From the IMG/VR virus record IMGVR_UViG_3300028805_000078, positions 52,062-116,061 of that record: a DNA stretch of 64,000 nt; one strand, written 5' to 3'. Under the pieces are notes generated by a model. It was not told the origin of the DNA, searched no databases, and saw only the letters and a list, made by a program, of their open reading frames with translations. Source of the DNA: a virus (lineage: Duplodnaviria; Caudoviricetes). Of the stretch, positions 48,146-58,314 are shown in pieces (position 1 is the first letter of the stretch; each line of letters begins with the position of its first letter). A program made the position numbers and the translations under genes.

Positions 48146-50077
48146 TCAACTGTCACTGTCGCCATTGTTTACATTTTCCCATCTTCGCAGTTTGAATTCG
48201 GCCTTACGTTCTTTCGAATAGGTTTTTACCGGAGTATAAAAGCCAACGATTCTCGAGTATTCTGTTTCAACAGGCTGTCCGCATTCAGGACAAATCTTTC
48301 CGAAGAATCCGTGATTGTTTTTGCACGCCTGTATCTTCGTGTTGAAAGCAAAATACGTTACACCTTTATCGGCGATGTAGTTTAGCATATCCCACGCCTG
48401 TTCAAAGGAATTGAACGGCGCTTCGATGTTTACATGCAGGATCGAACCACCGTTGCAGAATCCGTCAAACAAAGAAGCAATGCGTATGCGTTCCTGAAGC
48501 GTTGTTTTGATGCCCAAAGGAATGAACTGATTACCATAAAGCGGAAGATCAGTCACGGTGTCTTCAGGGAAGAAGAACAGGTCTTTGCGCATCAGCTTCG
48601 CGGCCGCGGTTTCACCGGGGATCTGCTCGCAGTTCACGGGATACTTGTGCTCAGCCATAAATGCGTTTTTCACTTCGTGAATCGCGTCGAATATGCGCTT
48701 ACCGAATGCGTCAGCTTTATCTGTATAAAACGTGTTACCAAAGCCATCCTGCTGCGTATAACCGAAATTCTTCATCGTTTCATAAATGCCAATAAATCCG
48801 ATTGTGTTATACAAGTGTTCGAAATCTATAAGGCCGAGACTGAAATTCTTGAGCAACCCTTTATCTACGTTGCGAGATATAATGTGGCGCACACAGTCAA
48901 GCGCTTTAAGATCAAGCGATACCATTCGCTTAAGTGCTTCAATATACTCGTCTTCCGTTTTGTTTTCAAGTGCGAGCCTTGCAAGATTGATCGTGCTTAC
49001 TTTTACGGAACCAACTTTCAAAGCCGAGCCGCCGATCGAATTAAAGAATCCGAGATCTGCAATGTTGCTTTTCAATCTGCAGCAATTACTGAGGCTTGTT
49101 ACACTGTCGTCAATAAACAGATTGCTGTCGTTCCATACGCGGTTGTGTTCGCAGGCCCAGCGCGCAAACTCTTCGTCTTCGAACTTACCGTCTTTGCGCA
49201 GAAGCGAGATCGAGTTCACTGGGAACGTCATCATGTTCTTAGAACGGATCTCGGCCATCGTTTCGAGGAAGAGCTTCTGGAAATCCATTATCCCTTCGAG
49301 TTCGTCGATCATAAACTTGCCGTCAGGAAATACGGAGCCGCCGAAGAGCGCTTCAAGATAGGCTCTATCGAACTGAGAAGTATTTGTGAACGCAGACTGT
49401 ATGCCGTTTCTTGTGTACGGTTGGTTGAGCGCGTAGATCAGGCGCTGGATGTTTTGTTTTGCGTACTTTTCAGGCGTCTCTGTGTAGTAGTTCGCTGCTA
49501 CGTCCCTGCTCCAGAAATAGTACATATACGGGATCAGATTCGGCAGCCCACAGGCGCCGGAGGTTCTGTTGGAATTAAAGGACACAAACTCCTTAACGAA
49601 ATCAACGAAGGTCACAAGGTGTTTAGGCGGTTCAGCGTTGAAGTTTTCGATAAAGAACAGACCTTTTTCTGCGAGGTCCTTAAGATCATACGCGAAACAG
49701 TAGCTGACGAACGTGGACGTATTCGCGTCATGCATATACAGGTGTCCATCCCATTCGTTTGTTAGCCACTGGTTTGCAGTCTGGAAACCGTATCGTTTGT
49801 TGAGTTCGCGGTAGATCTTATTGAAAGCAAGAAGCTTCTGATGGGGCTTTGACATCTCGTTCATGAGCGTCACGATGTCTTTATGCGAAACGTTCGCGTT
49901 GCCGTCAATCGAAGCGTCTGCCACTGTGTCCGTATCCACAAAGTTGTTGATGAAATCGGTATAGCTTAGCTGCTCGTCGGAAAACCCATTCAAACGGGCC
50001 ATCTCTTCACCGTATTCGAGCAGTAAACGATTGTATATATTGACAAAATTGCGGTTAAGGGCAATATTTATGTTCAT
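48146..50077 (-). CDS. nrdD: Anaerobic (class III) ribonucleotide reductase, no ATP cone
   Basis: YMHD, SNCCRL, EQIPGE, NGGSI, C..H..CPEC and RIVGFY (glycyl radical loop). Confidence 0.93.
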   Translation of the reverse strand: MNINIALNRNFVNIYNRLLLEYGEEMARLNGFSDEQLSYTDFINNFVDTDTVADASIDGNANVSHKDIVTLMNEMSKPHQKLLAFNKIYRELNKRYGFQTANQWLTNEWDGHLYMHDANTSTFVSYCFAYDLKDLAEKGLFFIENFNAEPPKHLVTFVDFVKEFVSFNSNRTSGACGLPNLIPYMYYFWSRDVAANYYTETPEKYAKQNIQRLIYALNQPYTRNGIQSAFTNTSQFDRAYLEALFGGSVFPDGKFMIDELEGIMDFQKLFLETMAEIRSKNMMTFPVNSISLLRKDGKFEDEEFARWACEHNRVWNDSNLFIDDSVTSLSNCCRLKSNIADLGFFNSIGGSALKVGSVKVSTINLARLALENKTEDEYIEALKRMVSLDLKALDCVRHIISRNVDKGLLKNFSLGLIDFEHLYNTIGFIGIYETMKNFGYTQQDGFGNTFYTDKADAFGKRIFDAIHEVKNAFMAEHKYPVNCEQIPGETAAAKLMRKDLFFFPEDTVTDLPLYGNQFIPLGIKTTLQERIRIASLFDGFCNGGSILHVNIEAPFNSFEQAWDMLNYIADKGVTYFAFNTKIQACKNNHGFFGKICPECGQPVETEYSRIVGFYTPVKTYSKERKAEFKLRRWENVNNGDSDS

Positions 50078-50083
50078 TAATTG

Positions 50084-50320
50084 TCACATACTCTCTATAT
50101 ATTTATTTGCGTGAGAAAAATCCATCAGTTCACCGTCAAACGATACAATAGGAAGCATAGTGAAACCATGATCGAGCAGATCGTCTTTAATCTCTGCCGT
50201 CAAGTTTGAAATCACATGGAATTTCAATCCTTTGTTGGTGAGCTTTGTTTTGAGTACTTCACAGCGCGGGCAAACGTCCGACGCATAGATGAATATATCC
50301 AAAGGTAATTCTTTTGTCAT
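50084..50320 (-). CDS. nrdH: NrdH/glutaredoxin-like protein
   Basis: CPRC and a cis-Pro motif (MLPIV); directly upstream of nrdD. Confidence 0.75.
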   Translation of the reverse strand: MTKELPLDIFIYASDVCPRCEVLKTKLTNKGLKFHVISNLTAEIKDDLLDHGFTMLPIVSFDGELMDFSHANKYIESM

Positions 50321-50938
50321 TTATTTATCCTTATTTTGTTGTTGTTCAGCCGCCTGTTCTTTGGCTGACGTTAATTTATTCTTCAGTTGTTCGCATTGTA
50401 AGAGCCATGACACGGCTACTGCCGCAGCATCCGATTCGTCATCGTTTTTAAACTCTACGTTTCCGAGATACATTTTAACGGCATTTGCCACTTCAGATTT
50501 TTGAGCTTTTCCGTTTCCTGTCACAAGTTTTTTGACACTTACGGGATATACCTCATACCATTCGCATTTTCCATGCTGCCATGCCCAGAAATTTGAAAGA
50601 CCGACAACTTCAAAGATGCCTATTTCTGACATAGCTCCTCGCGCGTTGAAGGCGTGTTCGCGTACATAATAGATAGGCTCCGTGTACTCGTTGTCTACAT
50701 ATGTATTCGGCTTGAACGCGCCCATAGCGTAAAAAATTTCATCAAGAAGTTCACCGTGTGGCTTCTTGACAGTTTTATTGTCAACAGATGTCACATTCAC
50801 ATCTGTAATAATCGTTTCTTCGCCGCGTTTTTCAACGTGCAACCGGCAAAAGCCTGGGCGTTTGAGGCTGAAGTCAGCCCCAAACACCCAATAGCTTTTA
50901 GGAAACGCAGGCTTGTTTTGTACTTTTGCTTTAGGCAT
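50321..50938 (-). CDS. ruvC: RuvC-like Holliday junction resolvase
   Basis: GADFS, VREH, VKKLVTGNGKAQK and DDESDAAAVA; start reassigned to MPKAK. Confidence 0.82.
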   Translation of the reverse strand: MPKAKVQNKPAFPKSYWVFGADFSLKRPGFCRLHVEKRGEETIITDVNVTSVDNKTVKKPHGELLDEIFYAMGAFKPNTYVDNEYTEPIYYVREHAFNARGAMSEIGIFEVVGLSNFWAWQHGKCEWYEVYPVSVKKLVTGNGKAQKSEVANAVKMYLGNVEFKNDDESDAAAVAVSWLLQCEQLKNKLTSAKEQAAEQQQNKDK

Positions 50939-50939
50939 A

Positions 50940-51470
50940 TCAGTTGATAACACTGAACTTGCTCTTTGCTGACTTCCTCGCGCCGAGCTGTTCACCTTCA
51001 GAAACAAGCTGAATCGCACCGAGTTCAGCGGCAACGCCGGCCAATGCATCGCTCTTGAAAGGATACATATCGAGCACAACGTTGCAATAGCAGCCGGAAT
51101 ACACACGGCTTCTGTCTTCAATATCGTTCACATTCCTGTCAACGAGATCAGGCTTTCTGGAGTTCGAAGCAGCGAGGAAAAGCTTGCCTGCATAAGCAGC
51201 GTCTTCAGGACGTTCCTTATCTCCGTCCTTGAGCGGAGTATAGGCATCTTCAGGCGCGGAATCGTTCCACTTCGTGGCAATGCCCTTTGCGAATGCTTCC
51301 TGGATTGCAGCATTAATCTTGTCGATTGTTTCGGTATCCGTCTTATCGATAATACATGTCAGAGAATACTTTTCGTTTCCGTTCTTGCCAACATAGGGCT
51401 CATTAATCCTTACATAACTTACTCTGCAGGGAATAACTACTTCGGTGTTAAAGGTTCTGGTTTCTTCCAT
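50940..51470 (-). CDS. DUF2815 (gp2.5-like) ssDNA-binding protein
   Basis: RVSY...KYS...PLKDGD...YSGCY...GEQLG. Confidence 0.85.
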   Translation of the reverse strand: MEETRTFNTEVVIPCRVSYVRINEPYVGKNGNEKYSLTCIIDKTDTETIDKINAAIQEAFAKGIATKWNDSAPEDAYTPLKDGDKERPEDAAYAGKLFLAASNSRKPDLVDRNVNDIEDRSRVYSGCYCNVVLDMYPFKSDALAGVAAELGAIQLVSEGEQLGARKSAKSKFSVIN

Positions 51471-51683
51471 TTTGTTCAGTCTCCTTGTTGATGTTAATTG
51501 TCGTTTTCTTCCGCGATTTCCTGAACGAGCTCCGTAAGTTCGTTCTCCGCCGAGGCGAGCGCCTGCGAAGCGTCTTCAATGGTCTGCGTGTAGGCTTCGA
51601 TTTCCTTGTTGAGAGATTCGAGCTTAGTCAGTACGTTCTTTTCCATGTTGTTTCTCCTTTTTGTTTTTATTTATCTTATCGCC

Positions 51684-52133
51684 TTACAGCGCATCGATAT
51701 CATTGTCCAATAGAAGTTCTCCGTCTTCGTCTTCAAGCATCAGACTTTCGTCATTCACATTTTCAACGAATTGGTTATTTTGTTGGTTGTTTTGTTCATC
51801 GGTTTCGTATGTCTCTTCAAGACTTTCGATATCGATTCCTTTATCGTTTGTTTCCTTTTTCAGGCCCTTTGTGTTTTTCTCCGTTGCCTTTGCTATTTTC
51901 TTAAGCAATCGAGGTATCTTATACGGAGAAGCAATCACTGATCCGTTGTCAAGAAAGATAGCCGTTTCACATGTGCGGTTTCCGCAGCCGTTAATCAGTG
52001 TTCCGGCTTTTCGTTCAGCCTTGATTGTTTCACGAGCCTGAAAAGATTTTGTTGACATTATTGCTACAATGCGCGTAGCGCAGATGGCCACATCGGGGCT
52101 CACCTCTATAAATTTTAATGGTAGTTGGTACAT
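51684..52133 (-). CDS. remA: RemA/DUF370-like regulator with an acidic tail
   Basis: RIVAIMS...ARETIKAERKAGTLING..NRTCETAIFLDNGSVIAS aligns by eye with RemA (RIISIVS...RGMLIDAT.GR.TRAVII.DS.HVILS). Confidence 0.7.
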   Translation of the reverse strand: MYQLPLKFIEVSPDVAICATRIVAIMSTKSFQARETIKAERKAGTLINGCGNRTCETAIFLDNGSVIASPYKIPRLLKKIAKATEKNTKGLKKETNDKGIDIESLEETYETDEQNNQQNNQFVENVNDESLMLEDEDGELLLDNDIDAL

Positions 52134-52235
52134 ATATGTTCACTTCTTTGTTGTTGATTAGGCGGCGCATTTATACTGTAGCCGCAATACAGTCTGTTAT
52201 AGAACAGTCTCAAGTCTGTTTTCATTGTCTTGTTC

Positions 52236-52277
52236 TTTCTTTTCTTTCCCTTATAGGTCATTAGTGAATGATTACAT
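52236..52277 (-). promoter_or_regulatory. Conserved phage motif, copy 4
   Basis: ATGTAATCATTCACTAA-tgac-CTATAAGGGAAAGAAAAGAA directly after the dnaE stop. Confidence 0.75.
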
Positions 52278-52279
52278 TT

Positions 52280-53920
52280 TTAAGCAACCTTTATCTCCGA
52301 GTATCCAGTCAGCCAGTATTCCGTTTCGTTTGATTTTGTCGCCATGCCGCGTGTATAAATGCGCTTCGGCACCTCTTTATAGTTGTTTGTGGAAAGCTTC
52401 ACGATCATACCAGGCTTCGGTTTCAGCGCAGCGTATATGTCTTTCTTCATACGGACAGGAACATTGTTCCCTTTTGCGAGACCATACAGTTTCAGCTTGA
52501 TACCGTACTTATCATCAACTTCCGTTATCAGATAGCGGCCTTTCAAATACTTGTCGGAAGACAAACACAAGCCCATGTATTCAAATTCTGCGCTTACCCT
52601 ATTTTCAAGGGGTAAATCTTTATCCGGCAATGTCTTTTCAAACTCACGCAAGATCTGTAATCGCTGCTCGTAGGATTTCAACGTCTTCGTAAGCCTGTTC
52701 TTGCCGTTAAAGAATTCATTATACACCGTCAATAGCTTTTCGCTTTTGCCGAACATTGCGAAGTAACCGAGACGAATCAATATCTCAATTTGTCTTGTAT
52801 CAAGACATGTTTTCGTCAGCAAATGCCACAATAAATCAGTAAAACTTGAATACGTTTGTTTGGCGGCTTCATATAAATCGTTCGCAGCGCGCTTGGATAT
52901 AAACTTGATCGAACACAAATCCTGCGAGATCGTATGGTTCTCCTTGTCGCACAGCCAATTTCGATTGTCACTTCCAAACAGTCCGCTTGTCATATGGATG
53001 CCAGCATAACGCTTCATTTCGTCGATAAGAAGCGCTATCTTGTCTTTGTTTCCCTTGGCAGAATAAAGCTGTAAAGCCGTCGAGTAGAATTCATATGGAT
53101 AATATGCTTTCAGGTATGCGCAGTAGAGACTGTCGCATGCCATTGCAAATGAGTGAGCAGCACAAAACAAATAGCTGCTCGAGTCTTCAATAATTTTCCA
53201 TATCTTTTCCACTACATCTGCGGCTTGTTCGTCTGTTGCATTTTCCTTGTCTTTTAAATATGCTGTAAAGCCTGCTTTGAAATCTTGTTTAACTTCCAGA
53301 ACTTTGTCTTGATGCTTTTTTTTGATATGTTTTATAGTACTATAACTGCGAGCTGGATCAATTCCTCCCGCAATTAAAATGCGAAGTATCTGCTCATCAA
53401 ACAAAAGATACGAACATTTCGCACTTTCTCCAGTCATGCCATCAATTCGCAATAGTTCATCTAGTGATGGAATGCCGTATGTAAAAGACGTTCGTTCAAG
53501 AAATGTTTTTAACATACTGGCAAAACCCGGCCTTATAGCCCCGATAAAACTTGCCAACTCTACAACGTTTTGCGGCTTAAACTGCATGCACTTTTGCGTT
53601 GAAGCAGGGCGTTCGCATTGGTTTAAACATTGTGTAAACCCTTTCCAGTACAGGCTCCATACATTAGCGTCGCCTTTACATTTTTCAAGTAGCTCATCAA
53701 TAGGCATGACAGAGAGGTTAGCAGCTTTGAACGATTCCGCAATAAGTTTTACAACATCAACTCTTAAGAGATCGCTTTTGCAATATCCCGCAATATCAGC
53801 TGTTGTTCCGTCCATCATGACGCAGAACTTCGGTTCCTTGCTTCCTGTTTTTGCCTTTAAACGAATAAGTCCTATCTCTTCTCTAAGATCTTTATGGTAA
53901 GTTAAGTGAGCACATGGATG
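52280..53920 (-). CDS. dnaE: DNA polymerase III alpha, exon 2
   Basis: Starts HPCAH; KSDLL, AIRPG, SYLFCAAHS and YLKAYYP.EFY motifs. Confidence 0.9.
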   Translation of the reverse strand, partial: HPCAHLTYHKDLREEIGLIRLKAKTGSKEPKFCVMMDGTTADIAGYCKSDLLRVDVVKLIAESFKAANLSVMPIDELLEKCKGDANVWSLYWKGFTQCLNQCERPASTQKCMQFKPQNVVELASFIGAIRPGFASMLKTFLERTSFTYGIPSLDELLRIDGMTGESAKCSYLLFDEQILRILIAGGIDPARSYSTIKHIKKKHQDKVLEVKQDFKAGFTAYLKDKENATDEQAADVVEKIWKIIEDSSSYLFCAAHSFAMACDSLYCAYLKAYYPYEFYSTALQLYSAKGNKDKIALLIDEMKRYAGIHMTSGLFGSDNRNWLCDKENHTISQDLCSIKFISKRAANDLYEAAKQTYSSFTDLLWHLLTKTCLDTRQIEILIRLGYFAMFGKSEKLLTVYNEFFNGKNRLTKTLKSYEQRLQILREFEKTLPDKDLPLENRVSAEFEYMGLCLSSDKYLKGRYLITEVDDKYGIKLKLYGLAKGNNVPVRMKKDIYAALKPKPGMIVKLSTNNYKEVPKRIYTRGMATKSNETEYWLTGYSEIKVA

Positions 53921-54943
53921 CACGTTAGTCCGAATTTTCATTCGGCGTAGACTATATCTTCATCTGGATGTGCAGTCCAGATGCGCGGCACTTCGGAACA
54001 CGGATTTGCACCGTGAACCTACTTCCTAATGGAATAGTCGTTACACCTTTTGCTAAGGACATTTATGTCCTAAGCAACTTGGCACGGTATTAGCTTGAGA
54101 GTTGATAATATATGTGCAACACAAGAAGGGATGTTTTCATTATATTTAATTTCAAATAAAGGTATGCCGATTTTGGCACAATAATCCTTTTTCATTTGAT
54201 CAGTTTCTTCTCTTGCGGTTTTGCCCCAAATTCCAAAATCTTTATAATGTTGTATTCCTTGGAATTCAATAAAGGCCAACAATTGATCTTGATCGTATAT
54301 AGCGAAATCCATTCTTGGAGTTCCTCCAGCTTTCGTAGTAAGATCAAGAAGAAGAAACTGCGATTTAAAATCAATTTTATATTTATTAAGCTCTTTACGA
54401 ATTTGGATTTCCGCTTTTGACATAGCTTTACAGCCACAACTGATTGTTTTACCTTTGATTAGGTCACTATAATCAACAATGGTTTTTTCACCGCATTCGC
54501 AGATACATAACCAACGTAAATGACGATTTTTACCTTGTCGTTCTGCGATTTCAAGCGCCGTAAGCAAGCCAAACTTCTGCCCAGTTATATCTTTATAAGT
54601 AGTAGAAGAAAGAGCTTTCTTTAAACATCCGCAACTCTGAATTTGTCTCCATGAACTTGTTAAATGACTACTTGCCACTTCTGTGATTTTGCCACAATCA
54701 CATTGACAAATCCATCGAGTATGTTTATTGCCTCCTCCAGAACCTTCAACACGAGACAACACTGTCAACATATGAAATTTCTGTCCAGTTAAATCTTTAT
54801 ATCTTGGCTCAGCTATATCATCACCCGCTCAACCAACTCTTTTAGCTTTCACCGTTAGCCTTCAAATCAATGAAGACACCGTATGTTTATACGTTCACCG
54901 CGTTATCACATAACATCGCTGCTATGCGGCCCCTATTGCGTTG
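53921..54943 (-). mobile_element. Group I intron in dnaE (1023 nt)
   Basis: P1 GCCU/GGGC with U.G at the 5' site; core GCUAACGGU, AAUACCGUGCCAAG, GUAACGACUA, GAAGAUAUAGUCU; terminal G. Splicing gives in-frame SISP|HPCAH. Confidence 0.9.
54070..54816 (-). CDS. Intron-encoded endonuclease (DLTGQKF/CxC repeats plus a Vsr/EDxHD-like domain)
   Basis: Two KD(L/I)TGQKF...W.C.C.CG...SCGC repeats and C-terminal MDF...IEFQGIQH. Start probably ATA at 54816. Confidence 0.78.
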   Translation of the reverse strand: MAEPRYKDLTGQKFHMLTVLSRVEGSGGGNKHTRWICQCDCGKITEVASSHLTSSWRQIQSCGCLKKALSSTTYKDITGQKFGLLTALEIAERQGKNRHLRWLCICECGEKTIVDYSDLIKGKTISCGCKAMSKAEIQIRKELNKYKIDFKSQFLLLDLTTKAGGTPRMDFAIYDQDQLLAFIEFQGIQHYKDFGIWGKTAREETDQMKKDYCAKIGIPLFEIKYNENIPSCVAHILSTLKLIPCQVA

Positions 54944-56530
54944 AGGCGAAATGCTTACGATGATTCCTTGATACTGTTTTGAATCTTCAACAAGCTCAAG
55001 ATATTCATGAGATATATAATCTTTGAGCTTAATGTCTTCGTCTACATCGTAATCGTCATCATCAGAATGATTTTCAATTGCATGTTTCTTATCCAGTTCA
55101 TAAGACTGAAGCTGTTTCGATACCGCATTCGATGTTTCGAAGTCAAGATTGCGTGCCCTCGCCAGCATTTTAAAGGCAGATGAAGTTTTGTTCTTACCGT
55201 AGGCGATCATGGGAAGACAGCCATATTCTCCAAACATTTCTTTGCCAGCTCGTTCAAATGCTTCTACGTTTGTTAAATTACTATCGATATCTGGCATACC
55301 AGCTTTTAATTTATCCTTTGAAATAAACCTTTCTGGATAAAATTTTACCGGAGAATGAAGCCGGTTGATTGTGGTAAAATTCAAAGCGTAGTTGCTTACA
55401 AAACTTCCTGCGCTTCCCCTTGCGGTAGTAGTTAACACACCGCCCAACTCTACACCGCGGTCCAGCATATCTTTTAACGAGAGAAAGTAATCGGACGTAT
55501 TCGTTTCCGTGATCGTGTCCATTTCCGCATGGATCTCTTTCGCCTCTTCAGGCGTAGGCATTCCAGCTTTTGCAATATAACCTTCGCAAACAAGTTTCTT
55601 ATACAGCTTGTTCCTCTGATCCTGATTCAGGTTCTGACGCGGTTTGCTTATTGGCAGCTTACGTTCTGTCGTATAGGAGAAACCATCGAAATCTCTGACA
55701 ATCAGAGTATTTTCAAAGGCTTCTTCAATACAACTGCGGTTAAGCACTCCCTGTTCTACAAAACATCTGTATGCTTCTTCAGTCGTAGGTAAATGCAGAT
55801 CCCAATTGCTGTCATCCATATCGATGCGGCTTGAGAGCTGAAGTTCTTTGCGAAGGATCTTTTCCTCAGGAAACACATAATGTGTATCTGCACCGAAGAT
55901 CAGCGGCCAACCATTTTTCTTATAGCATTCCAGAATCTTCGCATTATGCTCGGCCTGCTTGGCGTTTGGATGATGTTGCACCTCGAGGAAGAAGTTCTCT
56001 CGAAAAATCTCGTGCAAAGTATCAGCGTAATCACTGCCGCATTCATCTTTGAAAATGCCTCCTATACACGCTGTCGTGCAGATAAAATTTCTGTAATCGA
56101 GTTTGCTCAGCAGATCAAAATCAACACGTCCGTGATAATAATAACCGCTCATTTGACTTTCGGAGAGCATAAGATTCATCTGTTTGAAACCGTCGTTGTT
56201 TTTCGCAAGCAAAAGCAGATGGAAATTGCGACCGTCTTTCAGTTCCGGATTTCTGTCGGGAACAAAGTATACTTCGGCGGCGCATATCGGTTTAAGCTGG
56301 CATTGTTCAGTCGAGTATTTTTTCGCTGCGTCTGCCTGTGCCCATACGTCTCCCCTATATCCGTGTTCAGACGCTACGAGACAATGCATACCACGTTTTA
56401 CATACTCTTTGGCATATGCTTCAATGCCGACGGGCGAATCAGGAAAGCCGGCGATGACGTTTGAGATCATTGTATGGCAGTGGATGTTTTCAAATTCAAG
56501 CATACTTCGGTCCACCGCCTTTGCCGTCAT
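54944..56530 (-). CDS. dnaE: DNA polymerase III alpha, exon 1 (PHP domain and palm)
   Basis: HCHT, SEHG, FHLLLLAKN, DTHY, ARGSA, ERFIS and MPDID motifs; start at 56530 or 56503. Confidence 0.92.
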
Positions 56531-56704
56531 TTATCATCAGGATGAACTGCCCCAAAAAGAACACAAAACTCTCGACGTAAAACAGGGTCGCTGAGAACCT
56601 GTAGAAAACAGCCGATTCGTATCCCAAAGCAGTTTTTAAAGACACGGCGAGCATGAGCAGTGCGCAGAAACCACATATGAAGAGCTTGAACATTTTTTTC
56701 TCGG

Positions 56705-57073
56705 TCATGTTTTTCCTCCGGAATCGTTGTTTTCTGCAGGCTCCGCTTCGTCAATGTGGTTTATCCATTCGTCTCCGTATTTTGCTTCGAGCGCGTCTAT
56801 CTCTTTCTTTGCTTCTGGAGTAAGTTCATACACCGCATCGTAATCGTCTCCGGATTCCACGTTATCGAGAAAGTCATGTCTGAAATCTTCTATATCGTCC
56901 TTTTGAAACGACGCGTGGCACTTTTGTATTTTTGGTATACAGTCATCGTTGAACGCTACAAAATGTGAAGTTATCTCAAGGAGAATACTGTCTTTCGGAA
57001 TGCGTAAAATAATCGGTACAGTATCTGTTACAATTTGTTTCTGAGTATCGGATTGTGTATTGCCGTTTTCCAT
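56705..57073 (-). CDS. Hypothetical protein
   Basis: Acidic ORF starting MENGN after a GGAGG SD. Confidence 0.55.
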   Translation of the reverse strand: MENGNTQSDTQKQIVTDTVPIILRIPKDSILLEITSHFVAFNDDCIPKIQKCHASFQKDDIEDFRHDFLDNVESGDDYDAVYELTPEAKKEIDALEAKYGDEWINHIDEAEPAENNDSGGKT

Positions 57074-57081
57074 ATGCCCTC

Positions 57082-57432
57082 CTAATCCCAAACAATCGTT
57101 TCGGGCTCAGGATAAACAATCGATACTGGACAAAATTCTGATTTACCGTTTTTATAATAGCACATCCACATATCGTCACGATCCTCTCCGTCACCTGACA
57201 GTCTGAACGTTGCTTCAGGATATAGTTTGCTGAGTTCAATCATGTCCTGATTGTAATCGTACCACTTCATTACGTCATGTGTAGCAAATTCGTATTCGTC
57301 ATCGCCGCCGTAAGCATAATATTCATTATCAAAAGCATACAAATTCTTTGAAACAATCCATTGCAGTATATCTTTTGCCTGCTGTTCGGTTACATTTCTA
57401 ACCATCATGTCGTAACTCGTATAATAACCCAT
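57082..57432 (-). CDS. Conserved phage hypothetical protein
   Basis: MGYYT...KWY...LSKLYP..F.L.GDGED motif; SD AAAGGAGG. Confidence 0.65.
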   Translation of the reverse strand: MGYYTSYDMMVRNVTEQQAKDILQWIVSKNLYAFDNEYYAYGGDDEYEFATHDVMKWYDYNQDMIELSKLYPEATFRLSGDGEDRDDMWMCYYKNGKSEFCPVSIVYPEPETIVWD

Positions 57433-57508
57433 GACCGATCCTCCTTTTTCTCTTTTAATTTTGCTTTAGTTTTTTCTTTTCTTTTCTTAATTTTGCTTAT
57501 CTTTTTGC

Positions 57509-58309
57509 CTATCTTTTCGGTTTGTATATGCCGTTATCGCAATACTTGCGCATAGAGCACAGTTCCTGACAGAAGAAATCCGGTTGTTTTGTATCAAGAA
57601 AGTCCAGCATTTCAAAAGATTCGATATCGTGGATCATGTTTTCCGCCCATTTCAGCGCCGTGCAAAAATCTTCGAGCGTAAATTTACGCTGCATACGCAA
57701 GCCGTTTTCCTTGAACAGATTGAACATCAGGATATCGGGGTATCGATTGTATTCTTCGCTAACCCACTTAGAATACAATAGTTGTTGGCGATACATGTTG
57801 TTCTCGTCCTTTTTGAATGCCGCTTTTGATTTGGATTTATGATCAAGGATGACCAATTCGCCTGTCTTTTTGTCTTCAGCGATCATATCAATAATGCCTA
57901 CAAATTTTCTGTCGGCAATTGTCGTTGTAAAACGTTTCTCCGTTTCCAGAATTTTAAGATCGCTGAATTCGTCAAAAGAAGCGAAATAATTATATCCAAG
58001 CTGATATGCCTTTTCTCTGTACCCTTCTTTTAGAAGTTTTGGAAACGGCGTCACAACTTCTTCGTCGAAACGCAAATCGTATTCAAGCGTCAGTTCTTCC
58101 TTTTTCAGTTCTCCTTTAGCCCATTTATCAATGATATCGTGAATCAATGTGCCGTGTTCGGAGAATGCGTTCGGCTCCTGAATGAGCCTGTTGCCGTTTT
58201 CATCTTTCTCAAGGCGCTCGAGAAAAAATTCATAAGGACATTCACTGAATGAAGTGAGTTGCGAATAACTGTAAACGTGATCTTTATTTACATACGGAAT
58301 AAAAACCAC
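57509..58309 (-). CDS. Cas4/RecB-like PD-(D/E)XK exonuclease
   Basis: SYSQL...CP, GTLIH, GIID, LDHKS, QQLLY and a C-terminal C...C.....C. Confidence 0.85.
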   Translation of the reverse strand: MVFIPYVNKDHVYSYSQLTSFSECPYEFFLERLEKDENGNRLIQEPNAFSEHGTLIHDIIDKWAKGELKKEELTLEYDLRFDEEVVTPFPKLLKEGYREKAYQLGYNYFASFDEFSDLKILETEKRFTTTIADRKFVGIIDMIAEDKKTGELVILDHKSKSKAAFKKDENNMYRQQLLYSKWVSEEYNRYPDILMFNLFKENGLRMQRKFTLEDFCTALKWAENMIHDIESFEMLDFLDTKQPDFFCQELCSMRKYCDNGIYKPKR

Positions 58310-58314
58310 ATCCT

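Noticed and set aside
48434-49765. Long + strand ORFs opposite nrdD and other - strand genes (e.g. 41212..41979, 61648..62298)
   Set aside because: Antisense shadows of well-supported genes, with no SD or recognisable motifs.
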